From a bacterium (GTDB lineage Bacteria; Patescibacteriota; Minisyncoccia; Phycocordibacterales; UBA5272), in contig JAHFMZ010000002.1 in the NCBI GenBank assembly GCA_023267555.1, positions 12,304 to 62,252 on the forward strand: 49,949 bases of DNA, given 5' to 3'. This document shows, piece by piece, positions 19,832-28,976 of the stretch (its first letter is position 1; each line of letters opens with the position of its first letter). The notes under the pieces were generated by a model. That model was not told the origin of the DNA. It saw only the letters and a list, made by a program, of their open reading frames with translations, and made no database searches. A program made the translations under genes and the position numbers.

Positions 19832-20560
19832 ATGAGGGAAAATGAAATCAATTCCCTTGTGAATGAGCTCAATTCATTTACACCAGGGAAAAGTCTAGAT
19901 TACTTACAACGTTTAACGCTTGGTGTCAGTAAAATAATCAACGCCTCTTCAAGATTCACAAAAGTACAACAAACTTTGGTCGTCTTCGCACTTACACTTG
20001 CTGCAGAAATGCACAGAGGTGTTTATCGCAAAGATAAGATAACCCCCTACTTTATACACCCGGTTGAGGTTGCTTGCATAATCATCGAATATTTTGGAGT
20101 CATCGACTTCAAAATAATTATTGCAGCAATCTTACACGACGTTATTGAAGACAAGGAGGGCTGGAAAAATAAACAGGTGTTGAGAAAAAAAATACATAGC
20201 AAGTTTGGTTACACCATATATTCAATAATTAACTTTGTAACCAAACACGAAAGCACAGAAAGGCGTATCAGATATTATGAAATTATGCGTGGAATAAGGA
20301 TAATCAGCATAAAGTGGCGCGCAATTCTGATTAAAATCGCCGACAGAATAAACAATGCTGAAACCTTTAAACACGTAAGTGAAGATGAAAGACAAAGAAA
20401 GATAAAAGAAACACTGGTAGAATTTCCATTACTTGAAACAGAATTAGAAAAGATCTTGGCAAGAGCTTATAAAACAGGAAAAATAAAAAATAAAAAACTC
20501 TTGACCGTGCCGAGAAAAGCTATGGACAGACTTTTTATGGCCATAGATCCGTATACCTAA
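19832..20560 (+). CDS. HD-domain protein, RelA/SpoT-type (p)ppGpp hydrolase-like
   Basis: 242 aa. HPVEVA...LHDVIEDK HD signature. AGGAG lies 6 nt before the ATG. AGA/AGG Arg codons, unlike neighbouring genes. Confidence 0.7.
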   Translation: MRENEINSLVNELNSFTPGKSLDYLQRLTLGVSKIINASSRFTKVQQTLVVFALTLAAEMHRGVYRKDKITPYFIHPVEVACIIIEYFGVIDFKIIIAAILHDVIEDKEGWKNKQVLRKKIHSKFGYTIYSIINFVTKHESTERRIRYYEIMRGIRIISIKWRAILIKIADRINNAETFKHVSEDERQRKIKETLVEFPLLETELEKILARAYKTGKIKNKKLLTVPRKAMDRLFMAIDPYT

Positions 20561-20582
20561 ACCCCACTTGAAAAAGTGGGGT
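20561..20582. terminator. Bidirectional hairpin terminator
   Basis: ACCCCACTT-GAAA-AAGTGGGGT between convergent genes. Confidence 0.65.
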
Positions 20583-20586
20583 TATT

Positions 20587-21477
20587 TTATTGCGCGTAAA
20601 GTTCCATCTTGGCGCGTACTACTTTTCTCATCTCCTCTTGACCTCCTGCGCCAAATTTATAAGGCGCAACTTCATTTGGATTTTCATTCATAAATTCTTT
20701 TTCACCATCACGAAAAGCTTTTCTGATTTCGGTATTAATGTGAATAATCACAATACCAGCATCAATCGCATTTTTTAAATCTTCGTCTGTATTGCCACTA
20801 GCTCCGTGAAGTACCAAAGGGATATCTACGGCACTGATGATTTCTTTTAATCTATCAATATGCAATTTTGGTTCTGGTGCATCCACCAACATTCCGTGCA
20901 CATTTCCAATTGCAGGTGCAAACATATCAATACCTGTACGAATAACAAAATCCTTTGCTTGTTCTTTTGTTGTAAGGTTGGCATCACTCACACCTTCAGG
21001 TAAAGTTTTGTTAAGTGAAGATGATTGACCAATATATCCAAGCTCTGCTTCTATTAAAACTTTCTTTTCTGTTTTTGCTTCATAAGCACGCACATAATCC
21101 ACACACTTTTTTACAAGAGAAACATTTTCTTCATATGAAAGTTTTGCACCATCAATGATCACACTATCATAACCAGCTTCTACCACTTCAACAACTTTTT
21201 CAAATGAATAAGTATGGTCGGCATTCAAAAAAATTGCCACATTATATTCTTGATTCAATTCATCTACAATTTTTCTCGCCATTTCTACACCAATATACTT
21301 TCTCTCACCTTCACTCACACCAATTATGACTGGTTGTTTTAATTCTTCGGCAATCTCACAAATTACGCGAGCTTGATCAAGATTGGAAATATTAAAATGA
21401 GCAATAGCTTTACCCGCTTGTTTATATTCATTAATAATTTCAAAATAAACTTCGCTTTGGGGGGTGAGTGACTTCAT
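20587..21477 (-). CDS. fba: Class II fructose/tagatose-bisphosphate aldolase
   Basis: 296 aa. FbaA-family layout (AHFNISNLDQ, VLHGASG, HINTE). Confidence 0.85.
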   Translation of the reverse strand: MKSLTPQSEVYFEIINEYKQAGKAIAHFNISNLDQARVICEIAEELKQPVIIGVSEGERKYIGVEMARKIVDELNQEYNVAIFLNADHTYSFEKVVEVVEAGYDSVIIDGAKLSYEENVSLVKKCVDYVRAYEAKTEKKVLIEAELGYIGQSSSLNKTLPEGVSDANLTTKEQAKDFVIRTGIDMFAPAIGNVHGMLVDAPEPKLHIDRLKEIISAVDIPLVLHGASGNTDEDLKNAIDAGIVIIHINTEIRKAFRDGEKEFMNENPNEVAPYKFGAGGQEEMRKVVRAKMELYAQ

Positions 21478-21518
21478 ATCAACAGAGTATATCGCACTTC
21501 GCGTGATACCATAAGTAT

Positions 21519-22505
21519 ATGGAAAATTCTTTTGATATTATTGGTATTGGTGACACTGTTATAGATGCCTTTATCAAATTAAATACAGGACATACCCAAG
21601 AAACGGCTGTTGGCACCGAGCTTTGTATGCCTTATGGCGCAAAAGTACCTTATGATTCAGTCACCGTTGTCCCAGCCGTAGGAAATAGTGCAAATGCTAT
21701 GGTATCTGCCTCAAGACTTGGAATAAAGACCGCGTTGGTTACATTTTTGGGTAAAGATAAACACGCCAAAGAATGTTTAGAAAGATTAGAGCAAGAAAAA
21801 GTTGGAACAGATTTTATTACGCAAGAAGAAGGTAAACCCACAAATTATCACTATGTTCTTTGGTATGGAGATGACCGAACTATTCTTATTAAACACGCAG
21901 ACTTTATATCTAAATTACCAAATATTGGAAATCCTAAATGGATATATCTTTCATCTCTTGGTGCACATACCAAAGACTTACATTTTGAGATTGCAGAATA
22001 TATGAAGTCTCACCCTGATGTCAAACTCGCCTTTCAGCCTGGAACATTTCAACTTGAATTAAAAAATGAAATTGCAGATTTGTATAAAGAAGTAAATGTT
22101 TTATGTATGAACAAAGAAGAAGCCGAGGAATTACTTGGCACAGAAGATGGTGATATTAAAAAACTTCTTGATGGCTTGCAAGCTCTTGGACCAGAAACAG
22201 TTATTATCACCGATGGAGCAAACGGTGCGTATTTGAGATACGATCATCAATATTTAAATATGCCAGTCTATCCAGATATAGCAAAACCATTTGAGCGTAC
22301 TGGTGCGGGTGATGCCTTCTTTTCAACTTTTATCGCCTATCTCGCAAAAGGTTATGATGAGCCTGAAGCAATTAAACGCGCACCAATCAATAGTATGAAT
22401 GTAGTGCAACACATCGGAGCCCAAGAAGGATTACTTTCTGAAGAAAAAATTGAAGAATATTTAAAGAGTGCACCAGAAAATTATAGACTAAAAATATTCG
22501 AATAA
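21519..22505 (+). CDS. PfkB-family carbohydrate kinase
   Basis: 328 aa. PfkB signature TGAGDAFFSTFIA and an N-terminal GIGDTVIDAF motif. Confidence 0.8.
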   Translation: MENSFDIIGIGDTVIDAFIKLNTGHTQETAVGTELCMPYGAKVPYDSVTVVPAVGNSANAMVSASRLGIKTALVTFLGKDKHAKECLERLEQEKVGTDFITQEEGKPTNYHYVLWYGDDRTILIKHADFISKLPNIGNPKWIYLSSLGAHTKDLHFEIAEYMKSHPDVKLAFQPGTFQLELKNEIADLYKEVNVLCMNKEEAEELLGTEDGDIKKLLDGLQALGPETVIITDGANGAYLRYDHQYLNMPVYPDIAKPFERTGAGDAFFSTFIAYLAKGYDEPEAIKRAPINSMNVVQHIGAQEGLLSEEKIEEYLKSAPENYRLKIFE

Positions 22506-22506
22506 A

Positions 22507-23502
22507 CTAGCGAATCGCACTACGAATTTTCTCTACAATATGTTCTGCCGTTAATCCATACTCTTCATACAAATCTTTTGGACGACCACTTTGACCGAAT
22601 CTATCTTCGATACCCACACGAATGACGCGTATAGGATGATGCTCACTCAAAAATTCTGCAATAGCGCTTCCCAATCCACCCGCGACTTGATGTTCTTCAA
22701 CCGTAACTATTGCTTTCATTTCTTTTGCAAAACGAAGTAAAAATGCAGTATCAAGTGGTTTTATTTGTGGCATATTTATAACAGTTGCTCCTATTCCTTC
22801 TTTCTCAAGTTCTTTACTTGCCTTCAAAGCTTCATAAATAATTGGACCACAAGAAATAATGCCAATTTTGTGAGCAAATTCTCCATTATGTTTATGTTTT
22901 GGTATTTTCATAACATAAGCTTTACCTCCTCCCCATTTATAATTATCCGGCAAAATCATTGGCGTCTTTTCACGAGTCAATCTTAAATAAGATGGATGTG
23001 GAGTGGTTGCAATATATTCAGTGATAGCTTTTGCTTCGACCGAATCACAAGGCACATACACCCACATACCTGGAAGTAAACGCATAAGAGCAATATCTTC
23101 TGTAGCTTGATGAGTTGCACCATCTGGGCCAACAGATACTCCGGCGTGAGCACCAACTATTTTTACGGGTACATTATTATAAGCAATAGTTGTACGAATT
23201 TGTTCCCAATTTCTTCCCGGAGAAAACATTGCATAGCTCGCCATAAATGGAATATATCCCATTCTTGCCATACCCGAAGCCAATCCAGACATAGCTTGTT
23301 CAGTTATTCCAACTTCAAAAAATCTTCGTGGAAATTTTGCTCGAAAACCATCCATCTTTACACTTTCTGTTAAATCAGCACAAAGCGCCACAACTTTTTC
23401 ATTTTCTATTCCAGCATTAATAAGTCCCTCACCAAATCCTTCGCGTGTTGTTTTTTCTTCTTCCTTCAAAGTAAATAAAGTATTTCTAATCATATTAATC
23501 AA
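22507..23502 (-). CDS. Transketolase, C-terminal (pyrimidine-binding) subunit
   Basis: 331 aa. Motifs EVGITEQAM and GPDGATHQATEDIA. Overlaps the upstream subunit gene by 8 nt. Confidence 0.9.
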   Translation of the reverse strand: MINMIRNTLFTLKEEEKTTREGFGEGLINAGIENEKVVALCADLTESVKMDGFRAKFPRRFFEVGITEQAMSGLASGMARMGYIPFMASYAMFSPGRNWEQIRTTIAYNNVPVKIVGAHAGVSVGPDGATHQATEDIALMRLLPGMWVYVPCDSVEAKAITEYIATTPHPSYLRLTREKTPMILPDNYKWGGGKAYVMKIPKHKHNGEFAHKIGIISCGPIIYEALKASKELEKEGIGATVINMPQIKPLDTAFLLRFAKEMKAIVTVEEHQVAGGLGSAIAEFLSEHHPIRVIRVGIEDRFGQSGRPKDLYEEYGLTAEHIVEKIRSAIR

Positions 23503-24355
23503 TGTCTAATTTACCGTGAAGTGAACGCAATTCTTTTAAAGCTTTTCTTCCCTCTTCTTTACTTGGAGCCTTGCCGTGCCATTTATAATCACCTTCAAAC
23601 TCTGGCACTCCTTTTCCAGGAATAGTGTGAGCAATAATAACTGTGGGTTTATCAATGCTACTTTTTGCTTTTCCAACGGCAGAAACTATATCACGAAAAT
23701 TATGCCCATCAATTTCAATTACGTGAAAATTAAAACTTTCTAATTTATCTTTGAGAGATTCAAGAGGTAAAACATCTTCTGTATATCCATCTATTTGAAT
23801 AGTATTACGATCAATAATTGGAATCACTCTATTTAATTTAAATTTATTTAAAAGTAAAAATGATTCCCACACTTGTCCCTCGTCTATTTCACCATCACCC
23901 ATACAAACATAAAAAAATCTATCTGGTTTGTAATTATCTAGCCTGTCCATTAATGCCATACCTATAGCTTGAGATAATCCACAACCAAGTGGGCCAGACG
24001 TGGTTTCTAATCCAGGGAGAGACTCGCGATGCGGATGACCTTGCAATCTGGTACCAAATTTACGAAGTGTTTTTAATTCTGAAAGAGGAAAATACCCAGC
24101 GTGCGCCATTGTTGCATATAAAACTGGTGCAATATGTCCATTTGAAAGAATTAATCTGTCACGTCCTTTCCATTCTGGATGCTGTGAATCGTGTCTAAGA
24201 ATACGAAAATAAAGAGCTGTAAAAATATCAGCCATACCAAGAGGACCAGCAGTGTGTCCGCTACCAGCCTCAACCAGCATTTTTATTATACTCTCACGAA
24301 TATTTCCCGCCCGAAGAGTGAGAGTTTTAACTTCCACATCAGTTAAGGAGTGCAT
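23495..24355 (-). CDS. Transketolase, N-terminal (TPP-binding) subunit
   Basis: Motifs SGHTAGPLGMADI and GDGEIDEGQVWES. Start placed at ATG 24355 (TACACT 6 nt upstream) rather than TTG 24385. Confidence 0.9.
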   Translation of the reverse strand: MHSLTDVEVKTLTLRAGNIRESIIKMLVEAGSGHTAGPLGMADIFTALYFRILRHDSQHPEWKGRDRLILSNGHIAPVLYATMAHAGYFPLSELKTLRKFGTRLQGHPHRESLPGLETTSGPLGCGLSQAIGMALMDRLDNYKPDRFFYVCMGDGEIDEGQVWESFLLLNKFKLNRVIPIIDRNTIQIDGYTEDVLPLESLKDKLESFNFHVIEIDGHNFRDIVSAVGKAKSSIDKPTVIIAHTIPGKGVPEFEGDYKWHGKAPSKEEGRKALKELRSLHGKLDID

Positions 24356-24419
24356 AAGTTTAGTGTAGCAGAAAAAAGAAGCCAAAAATTAAACAATACA
24401 CAGCTTGTGCGATATTTTT

Positions 24420-25079
24420 CTAATTATTAATTGCTAAATTCAGTGCTTCGAGGGCTTCACCAGCGTCGTGGGAACCAAAAATATATGACCCAACAACAAT
24501 TGTATCGGCCCCAGCTTCGACGACACGTTTTGCTGTGTCTGGTTTCATTCCACCATCGATTTGAACTGACATCTCACCAAATTGTTGTTTCAAAGCTCTA
24601 ATTCTATGTATTGTTTCTTCTTCAAAAATCTGTCCTTGTTCTCCTATTTTTTTAATTCCCATTATTTGAATAAATACTTTCGGATATAATTCTTTTGCCT
24701 GACGTATCATATCTGCGTGAAAATCTATACTTTTGTCATTTGAAACTGATATACCAAGATCAATTGATTGATTTTTAATCATATCAACTAAATATTCCAT
24801 ATCGCCATCTTTAAATAAATCAGCGTGTGCGACGATACGTTTGGCTCCAATAGCAACACAGCGAGGTGTATATTTTTTCCAATCATCAATCATCACATCA
24901 AATTCATATGAAAAATTACTTGGAAGTTTTTCATTTCCTTCTGGCAACCAAGTTTTTTCGCGACCAAAAATACCATCACATAAATCTATTTGTACTAGTG
25001 TCACAAGTCCTTCTAGACGAGATAAATCTTCAACAATTTGATCAAAACTATGAGTAAGAATTGTGGGAGTGATATTCAT
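24420..25079 (-). CDS. rpe: Ribulose-phosphate 3-epimerase-like
   Basis: 219 aa TIM-barrel pattern (IDLCDGIF, IDGGMK, VVGSYIF). Divergent. Confidence 0.7.
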   Translation of the reverse strand: MNITPTILTHSFDQIVEDLSRLEGLVTLVQIDLCDGIFGREKTWLPEGNEKLPSNFSYEFDVMIDDWKKYTPRCVAIGAKRIVAHADLFKDGDMEYLVDMIKNQSIDLGISVSNDKSIDFHADMIRQAKELYPKVFIQIMGIKKIGEQGQIFEEETIHRIRALKQQFGEMSVQIDGGMKPDTAKRVVEAGADTIVVGSYIFGSHDAGEALEALNLAINN

Positions 25080-25084
25080 AAAAG

Positions 25085-25543
25085 TTATTTAGTTAACTCC
25101 TCAATTTGAATTATACGATCCGAATGACGTTCGGCGTGTGAAAATGGAGTCATTAAAAATAAATCAATCGCTTGCTTGGCTTCATTTTCTGTGACAAAAC
25201 GTGCACCAATAGAAAGTACGTTTGTGTCATTATGTTCCCGTGATACTTTTATAACATCAAGTGGCCCGCCAGCGTACACAACAGCACGCACGTGAGCAAA
25301 TCTATTAGCCACTACTGCCTCCCCAACACCTGAACCACCAAAGATGACAGCTACGCTCGGATCACTCATTGAATCCTCTTGTACTTTTTCTGCGGCTCGC
25401 GCCATATATTCTGGATAATCATCACCATTTTCCAAAGTAAGAGCCCCACAATCATAAACTTCGTGGTTTTTATCTTCTAAATAAGATTTAATCTTTTCTT
25501 TTAATTCAAAGCCGGCGTGGTCGGTCGCTAAATAAATTTTCAT
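25085..25543 (-). CDS. rpiB: Ribose-5-phosphate isomerase B
   Basis: 152 aa. RpiB/LacAB pattern (IYLATDHAGFELKE, GGSGVGEAVVANR). Confidence 0.9.
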   Translation of the reverse strand: MKIYLATDHAGFELKEKIKSYLEDKNHEVYDCGALTLENGDDYPEYMARAAEKVQEDSMSDPSVAVIFGGSGVGEAVVANRFAHVRAVVYAGGPLDVIKVSREHNDTNVLSIGARFVTENEAKQAIDLFLMTPFSHAERHSDRIIQIEELTK

Positions 25544-25574
25544 ATAATAAATAGTATATCATTTAAAATGCTGA

Positions 25575-26633
25575 CTATTTTATGGACTTTCCTGCCATTA
25601 TAACGTGAGAGATTAAGGTGTGTGTATACCCCATCTCATTATCATACCAAGCCAAAACTTTCACCAAATTACCACCAACAACGCGAGTCATTTTTAAGTC
25701 TGCAATAGAAGCATACGGAAGTCCGAGTATGTCACTTGAAACAAGTTCTTCTTCGGTTACTGCAAAAATATCTTTCCACTTATCTGCGCGAGAAGCCTCT
25801 GTCAAAATCTTGTTTACTTCTTCGACTGTTGTATCACGTTTTGAAATAAATGTAACATCCACAATTGATCCAGCCGCCACCGGCACACGCATAGAAATTC
25901 CATCAAAAAGATTTTTCAATTTTGTGAAAGCTTTGGTCACAGCAACTGCCGCCCCTGTTGAAGACGGCACAATATTTTGTGCGGCTGCACGACCTTCACG
26001 AAAATCTTTTTTATTTGGACCATCAACAATAGATTGCGAAGCAGTATAAGCGTGCACAGTATTCAATACCGCTTTTTCTATTCCAATCGCCTCATCCAAA
26101 ATTGCAATAAGCGGTGAAGATGCATTTGTTGTACACGAAGCGTTCGAAGTTATTGCACAAGTTCCAAATTTTTCTTCATTCACTCCCATTAAAATGGTTT
26201 CGCCGAGAACTGCGCCTGTCGCATCGTCCTTTGCGGGAGCAGATATAACTACGTGTTTGGCGCCTGCCACGATATGCCCTTGTGCTTTATCATACGAAGT
26301 AAATAATCCAGTTGATTCTACAACCACATCAATATTCATATCTTTCCAAGGGAGAACTGCTGGGTCTTTTTCTTGAACGACTTTTACTTTTGTATCTATA
26401 TCTCCCTCAATAATAAGATATTGTTCTTTATTTCCCTCATCAACTTCCGCGTGTACATCAAAATGAGATACTTTATAAACAGTGTCATATTGAAGTAAAT
26501 AAGCGAGATTGTGTACATCTCCCAAATCATTTATTGCAACAATTTCTATCTCTGGATGAGTGAGAGCGACCTTAAAAAAGGCACGCCCAATACGCCCAAA
26601 TCCATTTATTGCCACCCGGAGTTTCTTTTCCAT
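25575..26633 (-). CDS. gap: Glyceraldehyde-3-phosphate dehydrogenase
   Basis: Motifs INGFGRIGR and SNASCTTN. Start set at ATG 26633 (MEKKLRVAING) because the longer track ORF runs into the tRNA gene. Confidence 0.9.
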   Translation of the reverse strand: MEKKLRVAINGFGRIGRAFFKVALTHPEIEIVAINDLGDVHNLAYLLQYDTVYKVSHFDVHAEVDEGNKEQYLIIEGDIDTKVKVVQEKDPAVLPWKDMNIDVVVESTGLFTSYDKAQGHIVAGAKHVVISAPAKDDATGAVLGETILMGVNEEKFGTCAITSNASCTTNASSPLIAILDEAIGIEKAVLNTVHAYTASQSIVDGPNKKDFREGRAAAQNIVPSSTGAAVAVTKAFTKLKNLFDGISMRVPVAAGSIVDVTFISKRDTTVEEVNKILTEASRADKWKDIFAVTEEELVSSDILGLPYASIADLKMTRVVGGNLVKVLAWYDNEMGYTHTLISHVIMAGKSIK

Positions 26634-26642
26634 ATACAAAAC

Positions 26643-26675
26643 AGTATATAGTTGATAGTTACTAGTTACTAGTTG
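26643..26675 (-). promoter_or_regulatory. Shared 33-nt promoter layout (copy upstream of gap)
   Basis: Minus strand: CAACTAGTAACTAGTAACTATCAACTATATACT. The ATG follows 9 nt downstream. Confidence 0.6.
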
Positions 26676-26693
26676 ATAACAATAACAATTTTG

Positions 26694-26764
26694 CGGGCCC
26701 ACTTGGAATCGAACCAAGGTCTGCGGTTTTGGAAACCGATATACTGCCTCTGTACTATAGGCCC
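26694..26764 (-). tRNA. trnW: tRNA-Trp (anticodon CCA)
   Basis: Cloverleaf folded by hand on the minus strand. Acceptor GGGCCTA/TGGGCCC, D stem GTAC/GTAT, anticodon loop TTCCAAA, T arm CTTGG-TTCGATT-CCAAG, discriminator G. The 3' CCA is not encoded. Confidence 0.85.
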
Positions 26765-26785
26765 GTGCGAACTATTCTAACATAT

Positions 26786-26816
26786 AAAATGCGTGAGTCG
26801 AAGGCTCACGCATTTT
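26786..26816. terminator. Bidirectional hairpin terminator
   Basis: AAAATGCGTGAG-TCGAAGG-CTCACGCATTTT, between repeat copy B and tRNA-Trp. Confidence 0.65.
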
Positions 26817-26831
26817 GTATTAAGTCGTATT

Positions 26832-26960
26832 CTGAAAATCTAGAAAACTGTTTTAGCTACGCGAAGCCTAGAAATTTTTCAAAGAAGACGTACATATTAG
26901 TACGACGACTGGGAAAAATTTCGTAGCGACAAAGTAGATGAAATAGTTTTGTAGATTTTG
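26832..26960 (-). repeat. Palindromic intergenic element, copy B
   Basis: Minus-strand core: GAAATTTTTC-ccagtcgt-CGTAC-taatat-GTACG-tcttcttt-GAAAAATTTC. The outer arms AAAATCTA(C/G)AAAACT are also inverted. Starts directly after the rpmG stop. Confidence 0.65.
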
Positions 26961-27122
26961 CTATTTTTTGGTCTCCTTAAACATAACGTGTTTACGTAGT
27001 TTTTTAGAATACTTCTTGAGTTCAATTTTACGAGTAACAAGCTTCTTATTCTTGTAAGTAAAATAAGATTCGCCTGTTTCCTTGTTCTTTAATTGGATGA
27101 GATTATCTTGTGCGTGTGGCAT
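26961..27122 (-). CDS. rpmG: 50S ribosomal protein L33
   Basis: 53-aa ORF, absent from the track because it is under 60 aa: MPHAQDNLIQLKNKETGESYFTYKNKKLVTRKIELKKYSKKLRKHVMFKETKK. Typical L33 pattern (Y.T.KNK....K.EL.KY...LRKHV.FKE.K). Confidence 0.85.
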   Translation of the reverse strand: MPHAQDNLIQLKNKETGESYFTYKNKKLVTRKIELKKYSKKLRKHVMFKETKK

Positions 27123-27165
27123 AGTTTTCAAATATTACCCTATTTTTGGCTAAATTGCAAGGGTT

Positions 27166-28509
27166 TTATATATTAAACTTATCCGTAAAATACTGTTCTA
27201 ATTCTGCAACTGGAATGCGCACTTGCTCCATTGTATCGCGATCACGCACTGTTACAGCATTATCATTTAACGTATCGAAATCTACTGTCACACAATATGG
27301 TGTACCAATTTCATCTTGACGACGATAACGTTTGCCGATTGATTGAGTTTCATCATATTGAACACGTGCAATCTTTTTTAATTTCTTTACAATTCCTTGC
27401 GCAGGAGTTGAAAGTTCTTCTTTCTTTGAAAGTGGTAATACTGCGATTTGAATAGGTGCAATAGATGGAACAAAAGCAAGAACTATACGTGTTTCATCTC
27501 CAACTTTTTCTTCTTTATACGCACTTGCAAGTGTTGCCAACACGGTACGCTCTACACCAATTGATGGCTCTATACAATGTGGAATAAATCTTTCTTTTGT
27601 TTCTTCATCAAAATAGGACAAATCGGTTTTACTAAATTCCGTATGTTGTTTCAAATCATAATCAGAACGATATACAAGTCCAGCAAGTTCCTTTTGTCCA
27701 ATTGGAAAATCAAATTCAAAATCAATTGTTCTTTTACTATAAAAGGCTCTTTCTTCTTCCCCTATTTCTACTTCGTGAATCATTTTTTCTGGAAGGCCGA
27801 TAGAAATCATCCAAGATTTAAATTCTTTTCTTAAATGTTCAAAAGTTTCTTCCCATTTTGATGGGTGACAAAAATATTCTATTTCCATTTGTTCCATTTC
27901 CCTCAAACGAAAAATAAAATCCCGCGGTGCAATTTCATTTCGAAAAGCTTTACCCATTTGAGCTAAACCGAAAGGAAGTTTTGGGTGGAAACTGTCTACC
28001 ACATTTTTGAAATTCACAAACATTCCTCCAGCAGTCTCTGGACGAAGATAGGAAATAGAAGTTGGATCTTCTGTAGCACCAATTTCTGTCTTGAACATCA
28101 TATTAAATTGACGAGGTGTACCGAGTTTCTCTTTATCATTAGGACAAAATTGAACCCCATCGATTATTTCAATGTGGTCTGCACGAAAACGTCTTTTACA
28201 TTTTGGACATTCTATAAGTGGATCAGAAAACCCAGAGACGTGTCCACTGGCTTCCCAAGCTTTTGGATTCATCAAAATAGCAGCATCTACTCCATAAATA
28301 TCATCACGATTAGTTACAAAATGATCCCACCAACTATTTTGTATATTTCTCTTTAAGGCGACACCCAGTGGTCCATAATCAAAAGTTCCAGCAAGACCTC
28401 CGTAGATTTCTGAACCTTGAAAAATAAAACCCCTTCGTTTACACAAAGAAACTATTGCTTCCATACGAGATTGTGAATCGTTTGTGTTCATATCAAATGA
28501 TTCTAGCAT
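27166..28509 (-). CDS. glyQS: Glycine--tRNA ligase (single-chain GlyQS type)
   Basis: 447 aa. Motifs RRGFIFQGSEIYGG and class II motifs (FRNEIAPR, GIGVERTV-like SIGVERTV). The start abuts the stop of the upstream pilin-like gene. Confidence 0.9.
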   Translation of the reverse strand: MLESFDMNTNDSQSRMEAIVSLCKRRGFIFQGSEIYGGLAGTFDYGPLGVALKRNIQNSWWDHFVTNRDDIYGVDAAILMNPKAWEASGHVSGFSDPLIECPKCKRRFRADHIEIIDGVQFCPNDKEKLGTPRQFNMMFKTEIGATEDPTSISYLRPETAGGMFVNFKNVVDSFHPKLPFGLAQMGKAFRNEIAPRDFIFRLREMEQMEIEYFCHPSKWEETFEHLRKEFKSWMISIGLPEKMIHEVEIGEEERAFYSKRTIDFEFDFPIGQKELAGLVYRSDYDLKQHTEFSKTDLSYFDEETKERFIPHCIEPSIGVERTVLATLASAYKEEKVGDETRIVLAFVPSIAPIQIAVLPLSKKEELSTPAQGIVKKLKKIARVQYDETQSIGKRYRRQDEIGTPYCVTVDFDTLNDNAVTVRDRDTMEQVRIPVAELEQYFTDKFNI

Positions 28510-28833
28510 CTAGTACTGAAACATTCCACCTAACACACTATTAAATAATGGCAGTATTCCCCCAACTGAAAAAATAATAAAAAGTCCGATAAGCCCCCAT
28601 AATAAATGACTCTTGCCAAAATTTTTCTTTTCTGGGTCATTTAAATCATAAACAAATTTGGCGACACCATAAAGAAAATATAATAAAGCAATACCAGCAA
28701 CTAATTGATATAGAGGACTAAAAACCCACTTAACTACATTTTGAAGAACAATTTGCCCATTCGCAGCAACATCAGCAAAAGTAATTACTACACCACTAAA
28801 TATCAAAGAGAGAGAAATTAATACTTTTTTCAT
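28510..28833 (-). CDS. Pilin-like small secreted membrane protein (signal peptide plus two helices)
   Basis: 107 aa from ATG 28833 (MKKVLISLSLIFSG...), with TATACT 12 nt upstream. Two hydrophobic helices are separated by DLNDPEKKNFGK. Confidence 0.6.
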   Translation of the reverse strand: MKKVLISLSLIFSGVVITFADVAANGQIVLQNVVKWVFSPLYQLVAGIALLYFLYGVAKFVYDLNDPEKKNFGKSHLLWGLIGLFIIFSVGGILPLFNSVLGGMFQY

Positions 28834-28902
28834 ATATGTGAATCTAGTATAGCAGAAAATAGAAAGAAGACGGTAGAGGACACAGACACAGCATAGATAC
28901 AT

Positions 28903-28931
28903 CGAGAGCGACCCCTAGGGGGTCGCTCTCG
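28903..28931. terminator. Perfect 13-bp GC-rich hairpin
   Basis: CGAGAGCGACCCC-TAG-GGGGTCGCTCTCG. Confidence 0.55.
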
Positions 28932-28976
28932 TATTTCTCTTCTCTCTACATTCTGCTTTCTACCACACTGGATTAA

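Noticed and set aside
26641-26690. ACTAGT-rich sequences (also at 34563..34600 and 35149..35185) considered as terminal inverted repeats of a mobile element.
   Set aside because: They always sit at a fixed distance upstream of a -10 box and a start codon. They are not paired around any insert, and no transposase is present. They are interpreted as promoter or operator motifs.
26634-26717. N-terminal extension of the gap ORF (the track gives 380 aa starting at 26717).
   Set aside because: The extension runs into the tRNA-Trp gene (26694..26764) and across the shared promoter motif. The NAD-binding motif INGFGRIGR follows directly after the internal MEKKLRVA start at 26633.
28834-28902. Upstream extensions of track ORFs with non-ATG or poorly placed starts (28902, 33232, 35914, 24385, 12323, 7266, 40067, 46309, 45568, 29921).
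   Set aside because: In each case an internal ATG is preceded at 4-12 nt by a -10-like hexamer (10 nt after the gyrA stop for 35866, with no separate -10 box). Alternatively, the extension overlaps a neighbouring gene, terminator or promoter. The shorter starts also give normal N-termini, such as signal peptides or conserved family starts.
28903-28931. GC-rich perfect hairpins sharing GCGACC...GGTCGC-like cores (15347..15372, 28903..28931, 45017..45046, also 7194..7234 and 41170..41208), considered as a REP-like repeat family.
   Set aside because: The sequences are not alignable beyond the short GC core. Each sits at a gene end flanked by A- and T-runs. Ordinary, often bidirectional, terminators are the simpler explanation.
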